Origin: Polyangiales bacterium
GTDB lineage: Bacteria; Myxococcota_A; Polyangia; Polyangiales; Polyangiaceae
Assembly (NCBI GenBank): GCA_038230375.1
Contig: JBBRNJ010000131.1
Span: 1 to 15,644, forward strand
Direction: 5' to 3'
Length of the DNA: 15,644 nt
Position 1 is the stretch's first letter. Every line of letters begins with the position of its first letter. This document shows, one piece after another, positions 9,519 to 15,644 of the stretch. The position numbers and the translations under genes are program-made. The notes beneath the pieces were generated by a model, which did no database searches, was not told where the DNA came from, and worked only from the letters and a program-made list of their open reading frames with translations.

Positions 9519-9547
9519 TTGACTGAACGGACGCCTCTGCGTACGGT
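9519..9547 (+). promoter_or_regulatory. Sigma70-type promoter of the rpsP operon: TTGACT-N17-TACGGT
   Basis: -35 TTGACT at 9519-9524, a 17-nt spacer and -10 TAnnnT at 9542-9547, 45 nt before the rpsP ATG. An SD-like AAGGA lies at 9583-9587. Confidence 0.7.
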
Positions 9548-9592
9548 TCCGCGCCCCAGACGAAGATTTCGAGAAGAGTTCCAAGGAAGATC

Positions 9593-9889
9593 ATGGCCGT
9601 TCACATTCGCCTTGCCCGTGGTGGCACCAAGAAGCGTCCCTTTTACCGCGTGGTCGTCACCGATCAGCGCAGCCCGCGTGGCGGCCGTTTCCTCGAGAAC
9701 ATCGGCACGTTCGACCCGCTTCTCGACCTGAAGAACTCGAAGCTCGCGGACGACAAGAAGATCCCGTCCCTCACGCTCGACATCGCCCGCCTCGACTACT
9801 GGCGCGGCCAGGGCGCGCAGCCCAGCGAGACCCTCGGTCGCCTCCTCAAGCGTCGGGCGCAGGCCGCTGCCGCCGTCGAGAAGAAGTAA
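9593..9889 (+). CDS. rpsP: 30S ribosomal protein S16
   Basis: MAVHIRLARGGTKKRPFYRVVVTDQRSPRGGRFLENIGTFDP...YWRGQGAQPSETL, in the canonical rpsP-khpA-rimM-trmD context. Confidence 0.97.
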   Translation: MAVHIRLARGGTKKRPFYRVVVTDQRSPRGGRFLENIGTFDPLLDLKNSKLADDKKIPSLTLDIARLDYWRGQGAQPSETLGRLLKRRAQAAAAVEKK

Positions 9890-9936
9890 GCGCGGGCATT
9901 CTCCGCCCAACACGCGCTGAAGATCCAAAGTTCAAC

Positions 9937-10173
9937 ATGGCCCTCAAAGAGCTCATCAAAGCGATTGCCGTCGAGCTGGTCGACCACCCGGAGCAGGTGG
10001 TCGTGACCGAGATCGCTGGCGAGAACAACAGCCTCATCGAGCTCCGCGTGGCGAAGGAAGACATCGGCAAGGTGATCGGCAAGGAGGGGCGGACCGCGCA
10101 GTCGATGCGCACCATCCTCGCTGCCGTCTCCACCAAGCTGGGTCGTCGCGCGCACCTCGACATCGTCGACTGA
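9937..10173 (+). CDS. khpA: KH-domain RNA-binding protein KhpA
   Basis: LVDHPEQVVV, ELRVAKEDIGKVIGKEGRTAQSMRTIL (KH GxxG). Located between rpsP and rimM. Confidence 0.93.
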   Translation: MALKELIKAIAVELVDHPEQVVVTEIAGENNSLIELRVAKEDIGKVIGKEGRTAQSMRTILAAVSTKLGRRAHLDIVD

Positions 10174-10174
10174 C

Positions 10175-10783
10175 GTGTCGGGGTCGGATGCTTCAGACGG
10201 CGTTTCCGGGGGCGACCCCGCCGTCAATTTCCACGACAATGCCGCCCGATGGGTGGAGGTGGGCGTGATCGCCCGGCCGCACGGCGTGCGTGGGGAGCTG
10301 CGCGTGGCGTTGCACAACAAGGACAGCCAGGTCCTCCTCTCCGTGGACGAAGTGCTGGTGCGCCTTCCTGATGGCGCCGAGCACGAGGTCTCCGTGGATA
10401 CAGCGCGTCCGGCTGATCAGGCCGTGCTGATGCGTCTGCACTCGATCGACGATCGCGATCGCGCGGAACAGGTCCGCGGCTCACGCGTCTTCGTTCGTCG
10501 CAGCGACTTCGCGGAGCTGCCGGAGGGCGAGTTCTACACGTGCGACGTGGAGGGCGCGCGCGTGGTCGTTGCGAGCGACGCAGGCGAGGCGCACGGCGGC
10601 GGCCTGGACGGTCGCGTGCGCACGATCGTGAGCTACCCGAGCGTCGACGTCATCGTGGTCGACATGGGCGAGCGCGGCGTGTTCGAGGTGCCGCTCGTCG
10701 CGGACTTCGTGCAGCTGGTGGACGCGAAGGCGGGCCTTGTGACCCTGCGGACACTCGAGGGCCTCGAGGCGCAGCCCCGATGA
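10175..10783 (+). CDS. rimM: Ribosome maturation factor RimM
   Basis: VGVIARPHGVRGELRV, IDDRDRAE, LPEGEFY and VPLVADFVQLVD, plus operon context. The exact start is uncertain. Confidence 0.93.
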   Translation: MSGSDASDGVSGGDPAVNFHDNAARWVEVGVIARPHGVRGELRVALHNKDSQVLLSVDEVLVRLPDGAEHEVSVDTARPADQAVLMRLHSIDDRDRAEQVRGSRVFVRRSDFAELPEGEFYTCDVEGARVVVASDAGEAHGGGLDGRVRTIVSYPSVDVIVVDMGERGVFEVPLVADFVQLVDAKAGLVTLRTLEGLEAQPR

Positions 10784-10793
10784 CCGGTGCCCC

Positions 10794-11555
10794 GTGAGGG
10801 TCACGGTCGTCACGCTATTTCCGGAGCTCTTCGGGACCTTCGCCGACGTGAGCTTCGTCGGCCGCGCGCGCACGCAGGGCACGCTGGTGCTCGAGACGAA
10901 GAATCCGCGAGACCACGGCCTGGGCAAGCACAAGAGTGTCGACGACACGCCCTATGGCGGCGGCAGCGGCATGGTGATGCGCGTGGACGTGCTCACGGCC
11001 GCGCTCGAGGCTGTCGATGCCGCGGCAGGCGCGCCAGCACATCGCGTGCTGCTCACGCCGCAGGGCGCACCGTTCTCGCAGGCGAGGGCGAAGGCGCTGT
11101 CAGAGAAGGAGCACGTTGTACTGGTGTGCGGTCGCTACGAGGGCTTTGACGAGCGCGTGCGGGCGTTCGTGCACGAGGAGATCTCACTCGGCGATTTCGT
11201 CATGACGGGCGGAGAAGTGGCGGCCATGGCCATCATCGAGAGCACTGTTCGCCTGCTGCCCGGCGTGCTCGGAAACCCGGAGTCCACGCACGAGGAGTCG
11301 CACCAGGGCTCACTGCTCGAGTACTCGCAATTCACACGCCCAGCGGAGTTCCGCGGGGTGGGCGTGCCCGACGTGCTCAAGGAAGGCCACCACCTGAAGA
11401 TCGCCGCGCACCGCAAGAGTGAGCGCGAGGAGCGCACGCAGGCGCGACGGCCAGATCTCTACGCCCGCTATCTGGAGACGAAGCCGCCCGAGAAGCCGAA
11501 GAAGGCGAAGAGACCGAACAAGGTGCAGGCGGCGGCGAAGAAGGACGAAGAATGA
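10794..11555 (+). CDS. trmD: tRNA (guanine37-N1)-methyltransferase TrmD
   Basis: VVTLFPE, VDDTPYGGGSGMVM, LLTPQG, LVCGRYEGFDERV, EISLGDFVMTGGE, RLLPGVLG and LLEYSQFTRP. Confidence 0.97.
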   Translation: MRVTVVTLFPELFGTFADVSFVGRARTQGTLVLETKNPRDHGLGKHKSVDDTPYGGGSGMVMRVDVLTAALEAVDAAAGAPAHRVLLTPQGAPFSQARAKALSEKEHVVLVCGRYEGFDERVRAFVHEEISLGDFVMTGGEVAAMAIIESTVRLLPGVLGNPESTHEESHQGSLLEYSQFTRPAEFRGVGVPDVLKEGHHLKIAAHRKSEREERTQARRPDLYARYLETKPPEKPKKAKRPNKVQAAAKKDEE

Positions 11556-12103
11556 GGCGCCTTGCGGTGGCGCTCCTCCACGCGCCAGTGCTCGCGCGCG
11601 ACGGAGGCGAGACGGTCTCGACCGTGACGAACCTGGACGTGCACGACATCGCGCGCAGCGCACGGAGCTATGGCGCGACGGACTACTTCGTCGTTCATCC
11701 GGTCGAGGCGCAGCGCGCTCTCTGCACGCGCATCATCACGCACTGGAAGACCGGCTCCAGCGGCGAGCGAATCCCCACGCGCGCGCCCGCGCTCGAGCTG
11801 GTGCGACCCATTGCCACGCTGGAGGATGCAGTCGCGGCGCTGGGCGGACGCTCCTTCGTTCGCCTGTGGGCCACTGCTGCGCGCGCGTCGAAGGAGACCA
11901 TCACGTTCGCGGCCGCGCGCGAGGAGCTCACCACGGAAGGGCCTCCAGTGCTCTTGCTCTTCGGGACCAGCTGGGGGCTGCCGCCGCGCATCATCGCCTC
12001 GTGCGACGCGCTCCTCGAGCCGATCCAGGAACATGCAGACTACAACCATCTCAGCGTGCGCGCCGCCTGCGCGATCGCGCTCGATCGGCTGGCGCGTACC
12101 TAG
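11552..12103 (+). CDS. SPOUT-family RNA methyltransferase, Tm1570-like
   Basis: VALLHAPVLARDG...TVTNLDVHDIARSARSYG, YFVVHP, PVLLLFGTSWGL, LLEPI and YNHLSVRAACAIALDRL. These motifs are typical of the family found next to, or fused with, trmD. ATGA overlap with trmD. Confidence 0.88.
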   Translation: MRRLAVALLHAPVLARDGGETVSTVTNLDVHDIARSARSYGATDYFVVHPVEAQRALCTRIITHWKTGSSGERIPTRAPALELVRPIATLEDAVAALGGRSFVRLWATAARASKETITFAAAREELTTEGPPVLLLFGTSWGLPPRIIASCDALLEPIQEHADYNHLSVRAACAIALDRLART

Positions 12104-12115
12104 AATCCCGATCCG

Positions 12116-12799
12116 TCACTTCGATGATGGGTGCGCGTCCATGCACTCGTAGCGGTTCGGATCGTTCGTGCACATCGTGTGCAGGTCCATGGTGCCGTGG
12201 CCGCACTGGTAGTCGTCCGCGTGCCCGTCGCAGAACATGCGGTACGCCTCCGTGGGCGCCTCTGGTGTCTCGGGCGCGGCGCGGCCCCAGCGCACACATC
12301 CGCGCAGGTCCCCCAGCTTGCAGGCGCGCGCGTACCACTCGGCGCGATCGACGTCGGTCGTGGCCTTGTCCCCGCGCTCCATACAGGAGCTGGCCGTGCC
12401 GCCGTAACACTCGTTGTCGACGCTGCGCTTCGTCATCCGGGCCGTGCCGGCAACCGCGACGGACCCGAGCACCACGGACGTTGCCGCCGCGATGATCCAC
12501 GCGCGCTTGTTACGACCGAGCGCGAGCAGGACGGTGCCCGTCACCGACAGCGCCGGACCGACGACGTAGATGCACAGCATGATGGGGACAAACACGCCGG
12601 CGCCGTTCTCGAACATCCTGGAACGCAGCGCCACGCCCGCGGAGACCCACACGCTCACGCCGAGCACGAGCAGCACACCGCCGAGCATCACCAGCGTCGG
12701 TGACAGCGGCTTCTTCGCGCTGGAATAGGTGAGCGCCTGCGCCCGATCCAGATGCGGCGGATGCCAGGCGGGGGGACCCTGTTTTTGCGGCTCGTCCAC
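12116..12799 (-). CDS. Membrane protein (about 3 TM segments) with Cys-paired Sel1/Hcp-like C-terminal domain
   Basis: Three hydrophobic stretches, then AEWYARACKLGDLRGC (Sel1/Hcp-like) among four Cys pairs. It fills the gap between the convergent SPOUT gene and the GMC gene. Confidence 0.65.
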   Translation of the reverse strand: MDEPQKQGPPAWHPPHLDRAQALTYSSAKKPLSPTLVMLGGVLLVLGVSVWVSAGVALRSRMFENGAGVFVPIMLCIYVVGPALSVTGTVLLALGRNKRAWIIAAATSVVLGSVAVAGTARMTKRSVDNECYGGTASSCMERGDKATTDVDRAEWYARACKLGDLRGCVRWGRAAPETPEAPTEAYRMFCDGHADDYQCGHGTMDLHTMCTNDPNRYECMDAHPSSK

Positions 12800-12805
12800 G
12801 TACTC

Positions 12806-12833
12806 AGTATACGCGCGAACCGCGAACTGTCTT
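12806..12833 (-). promoter_or_regulatory. Candidate leaderless promoter AAGACA-N16-TATACT, 6 nt before the GTG start at 12799
   Basis: The minus strand reads ...aagacagttcgcggttcgcgcgTATACTgagtacGTG. TATACT is conspicuous in this GC-rich DNA and no SD sequence is present. Confidence 0.5.
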
Positions 12834-12841
12834 CCGTGGCC

Positions 12842-14374
12842 TCAGCGGGCGACCGCGGCGTAGCGTTTCCAGTCGTCCGCGATGCCCTTGGCCGTTCGCA
12901 GCGCCATGGCCATGATCGGCAGCTGGGAGTTCACGCCGATGGACGTGGGGAGCACGCTGCCGTCGCCAACGAAGAGGTTCTTCACGCTCCACGTCTCTCC
13001 CGTGGGCGACACGACGCCGTCGTCTTCGCGCGCGCTCATCTTCGCGGAGCCGAGCGGATGGAACGCGAGGCACTCGATCTTGTGCGCCTTGGGCGGGCTC
13101 GCCTCGAGCGCCTCCAGCTCTGCGACGCTCTTCAAGGTGGGCAGCCCGAAGACGGGCGCGAAGACCTCCTTCGCACCAGCGGCGAACGCCATCTTGCCCA
13201 GGATCGTGATCGAGCGGAGCAGGCGCGTCTTGTCACGCGCGGCCATGCGGTAGGTGATCACCGGCTCCCGCCCGAGTCCGCGCCGCACCGTGCCGCCGCC
13301 TTCGTCGTGGACCATGCCGCCGAAGAAGCCCAGGTTCGGCATCTGGTGGACCAACGCCTTGTGGGCGCGGCCCACGCCGGGGAATGCCGCCGCGAGCACG
13401 TTCACCGGCGCGTAGACGCCGTTCAGCGTGATGCCCTCGTCCAGGTAGTGGTCGGTGAATGCGCTCTGCATGGCGCCGTCCCAGCCGTTGACGGCCTCGT
13501 CGAACAGGGCGCCCACGCGCACGGCCGGGTGCAGCGTGAGGTGGCGGCCCACGTGCTGGGAGCCAAGGCCGCTGTTCTTCAGCAGCACGGGCGTGTGCAT
13601 GGAGCCGCACGCAACGACGACGATCTTGGCGCGCACCTCGAATCGGACGCCGGGCTCGCCGGTCTCGTCCAGGAAACGTCCGCGCACGCCGCGGGCAACG
13701 CCGCCGCTCACGTCCACGCGATCGACGAGCGCGTCCGAGAGGATCACAGTTCCGTGGCGCTGCGCTGCAGGCAGGTAGGAGAGATCGACGCTCATCTTGG
13801 CGCCGTGCGGGCAGCCGAAGTTGCAGCGGCCGGCGCCCTTGCAGCCGGTCGTGTTGCGCCGGAGCGGCTTCATCTTGACGCCCATCTTCGCGGCGCCTTC
13901 CACGAAGAGCTCGGTCGCGCGGGAGCGCATGTCGATCGGCACGGTCTCTACAGAGATCGCCTGCTCGACCTCCTCGAACATGGGCGCGAGCGCCTCTGGC
14001 GACACGCGCGGGATGTGCAGATCGCGCGTCCACTCCATCAGGAACTGCTCGGGGATGCGAAAGCACACGCCGCCCGTGAGGATGCTGGAGCCGCCGACAG
14101 CCTTGCCGGCAAGCAGGCTGATGAGCGGTGTGTCGCCCAGGCCGAGCGCCGCGCTGAGACCCGCCTCGCGCGCCATGCGACGGAACGTGTACGAGGGGCG
14201 AAAGGTGCCGTACTCGGGTTGCGTGTAGTGTCCACCTTCTTCGATGACGATCACCGAGAGCCCGAACTTCGCGAGCGTCTCCGCGACGACCGCGCCGCCC
14301 GCGCCGGAGCCCACGATCGCGACGTCGACCTTGGCGGAGAACGGCTTCTTTTCCTCGCGTCCGCGGAGGATCAT
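12842..14374 (-). CDS. GMC-family FAD oxidoreductase (long-chain-alcohol-oxidase/dehydrogenase-like)
   Basis: Rossmann motif DVAIVGSGAGGAVVA, VIVIEEG, GKAVGGSSILTGG, CKGAGRCNFGCPHGAK, VVVACGSMHTPVLL, VGRHLTLHP, catalytic FHPLGSAKM, NLFVGDGSVLPTSIGVNSQLPIMAMA. Confidence 0.92.
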   Translation of the reverse strand: MILRGREEKKPFSAKVDVAIVGSGAGGAVVAETLAKFGLSVIVIEEGGHYTQPEYGTFRPSYTFRRMAREAGLSAALGLGDTPLISLLAGKAVGGSSILTGGVCFRIPEQFLMEWTRDLHIPRVSPEALAPMFEEVEQAISVETVPIDMRSRATELFVEGAAKMGVKMKPLRRNTTGCKGAGRCNFGCPHGAKMSVDLSYLPAAQRHGTVILSDALVDRVDVSGGVARGVRGRFLDETGEPGVRFEVRAKIVVVACGSMHTPVLLKNSGLGSQHVGRHLTLHPAVRVGALFDEAVNGWDGAMQSAFTDHYLDEGITLNGVYAPVNVLAAAFPGVGRAHKALVHQMPNLGFFGGMVHDEGGGTVRRGLGREPVITYRMAARDKTRLLRSITILGKMAFAAGAKEVFAPVFGLPTLKSVAELEALEASPPKAHKIECLAFHPLGSAKMSAREDDGVVSPTGETWSVKNLFVGDGSVLPTSIGVNSQLPIMAMALRTAKGIADDWKRYAAVAR

Positions 14375-14931
14375 TCTGCGCTCCCGTCGGCAGTCGCGGT
14401 GTGCGGGGCGCTGGCTTCGTGCTCACCGGCCTCGTGCTCACTGGCTTCGTGCTCGTCCGCGTGGAGAAGAGCGGAGGCTTTCGCCTTCTTCGACTGGAAA
14501 CGCAGGAACACCTTTCGCTCGTCGCCGGGGTAGCCAAGGAGCGAGAGCTCGTGAGGGTCCTCGTAGAACACCATCGTCATGATGGTGCGGTAGGCGACCA
14601 GGACGAGCGCGACGAAGCCGATGCTGGACCGGTCCATCCTGTCGAGCAGCTCCACGCGCTTCTTCACGGGTAGGTTCTCGAACAGCGAGAACGAGAAGAA
14701 GAGGAACAGCGGCGCGAGCTGGATCACGCGGAGCATCATCACCAGGCCCACGCGCAGCGGGCGGCTCGCCGGGCTCACGAAGCCATCCACGTCCGCGGCG
14801 AAGGACGCCATCCGCTCCGCAGGAACGTCACCGTCCTCCGAGAAAAGCGCCTCCGCGAGCGCCACGAGCACGATGCGATGCCCCGGCCCGAAGGTCGTTC
14901 GCCGAAAATCCTTGGTGCGCGGCTCCTTCAA
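14371..14931 (-). CDS. Small helical partner of the GMC oxidoreductase (gluconate-2-dehydrogenase subunit 3-like)
   Basis: Coupled to the GMC gene (ATGA) and to the ABC-F gene (TTGA). LVALAEALF...FENLPVKKRVELL...TMVFYEDP...LGYPG matches the pattern of small subunits or N-terminal domains of this GMC group. The TTG start is uncertain. Confidence 0.65.
   Translation of the reverse strand: MKEPRTKDFRRTTFGPGHRIVLVALAEALFSEDGDVPAERMASFAADVDGFVSPASRPLRVGLVMMLRVIQLAPLFLFFSFSLFENLPVKKRVELLDRMDRSSIGFVALVLVAYRTIMTMVFYEDPHELSLLGYPGDERKVFLRFQSKKAKASALLHADEHEASEHEAGEHEASAPHTATADGSAE
14411..14454. repeat. 15-bp tandem repeat x3 (CTGGCTTCGTGCTCA-like), encoding EHEAS/EHEAG/EHEAS on the minus strand
   Basis: Read directly: ctggcttcgtgctca / ccggcctcgtgctca / ctggcttcgtgctc. 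Confidence 0.85.
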
Positions 14932-15644
14932 GACTTGCGAATGTAGTCCGTTCCGGCCTTCTCCAGGAACTCATCGTACGTGCCGCCGTAGTCGACGATC
15001 TCGGTGCCGTGATCGCCTTCCCTCGCACGAAGCTCCACGATGCGCATGGCGAGCTTGCTGACGAAGTGACGGTCGTGGCTGACGAAGATGACGGTGCCCT
15101 TGAACAGCTCGATTCCATCGAGCAGGCCTTCGATCGACTCGATGTCCAGGTGGTTCGTAGGCTCGTCCAGGACGAGCACGTTGTGCTTCAGGACCAGGAG
15201 CTTCGCGAGCAAGAGGCGCGCGCATTCGCCGCCGGAGAGCGCCTCCACCGGCTTCAGGGCCGCTTCGCCCGAGAAAAGCAGCCTGCCGAGGATGCCGCGG
15301 ATGTGCTCCTGCGGCGCGAGCTTGTCGAACGAGTAGAGCCACTGGAATGCGTTGGAGCCCGCCGCCGCGCGCGAGAGCGCCTCGTGGTGATCCTGCGCGA
15401 AGTAACCCACGCTCGTGTCGTGTCCCCAGCGCACGTCGCCCTTGTCGGGACCGTAGACGTGGGGCTTGGTGTCGCTGTCGACGTTTGCGTAGCCGCCGAC
15501 CATGAGCTTCAGCAGCGTGGACTTGCCAACGCCGTTGGGGCCGATGACCGCGATGCGGTCGCCGCGGCTCACGTTGATGCTCGCGTCCTCGTAGACGATC
15601 TTGTCCTTGCCGTTCTCGTCCTTGAACTTCTTCCAGACGTTCTC
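14928..15644 (-). CDS. ABC-F family ATP-binding protein (YbiT-like), C-terminal ABC domain; partial, 5' end beyond the right edge
   Basis: The frame is open from 15644 (ENVWKKFKD...). It contains Walker A GPNGVGKST, VGYFAQD, LSGGE, Walker B VLVLDEPTNHLDIESI, VIFVSHDRHFV and DYGGTYDEFL. No TM segments are visible. Confidence 0.92.
   Translation of the reverse strand, partial: ENVWKKFKDENGKDKIVYEDASINVSRGDRIAVIGPNGVGKSTLLKLMVGGYANVDSDTKPHVYGPDKGDVRWGHDTSVGYFAQDHHEALSRAAAGSNAFQWLYSFDKLAPQEHIRGILGRLLFSGEAALKPVEALSGGECARLLLAKLLVLKHNVLVLDEPTNHLDIESIEGLLDGIELFKGTVIFVSHDRHFVSKLAMRIVELRAREGDHGTEIVDYGGTYDEFLEKAGTDYIRKS

Noticed and set aside
9889..9918. Possible stem-loop between rpsP and khpA (AGCGCG...CGCGCT)
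   Set aside because: Short GC-only pairing expected by chance, with no U-tract; it cannot be supported as a terminator or regulatory RNA.
12752..14533. 593-aa plus-strand ORF and 434-aa alternate-frame ORF over the GMC gene
   Set aside because: Shadow frames without motifs. The GMC frame has the complete family signatures.
14880..14931. Twin-arginine (Tat) signal in the GMC partner (DFRRTTF)
   Set aside because: It does not fit S/T-R-R-x-F-L-K, the following h-region is short and interrupted by charge, and the start codon is uncertain.

Overview
High-GC, gene-dense bacterial chromosomal window. The gene content and protein styles suggest Myxococcota, probably Polyangiaceae-like; this is inference only. 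I see no rRNA, tRNA, CRISPR or mobile element. Four blocks are present. (1) A minus-strand, largely translationally coupled run: ECF sigma factor > single-TM putative anti-sigma > helical/TPR-like lipoprotein > Cys-rich lipoprotein > LpxL/HtrB-family acyltransferase > wHTH-J-domain-TPR co-chaperone > divergent DnaK paralog (runs off the left edge). (2) A divergent plus-strand pair of exported M16 peptidase subunits plus an SCP2-like gene. (3) rpsP-khpA-rimM-trmD-Tm1570-like SPOUT methyltransferase, with a clear sigma70-type promoter but no following rplS. (4) A minus-strand ABC-F gene (partial) > small helical partner > GMC oxidoreductase, then a Cys-paired Sel1-like membrane protein with a possible leaderless promoter. 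The best candidate for an undescribed system is block 1, a putative envelope-sensing ECF relay linked to lipid acylation and a dedicated J-protein/Hsp70 pair. A 5-codon ORF that bridges the rimM stop and the trmD start is a notable small-scale oddity.
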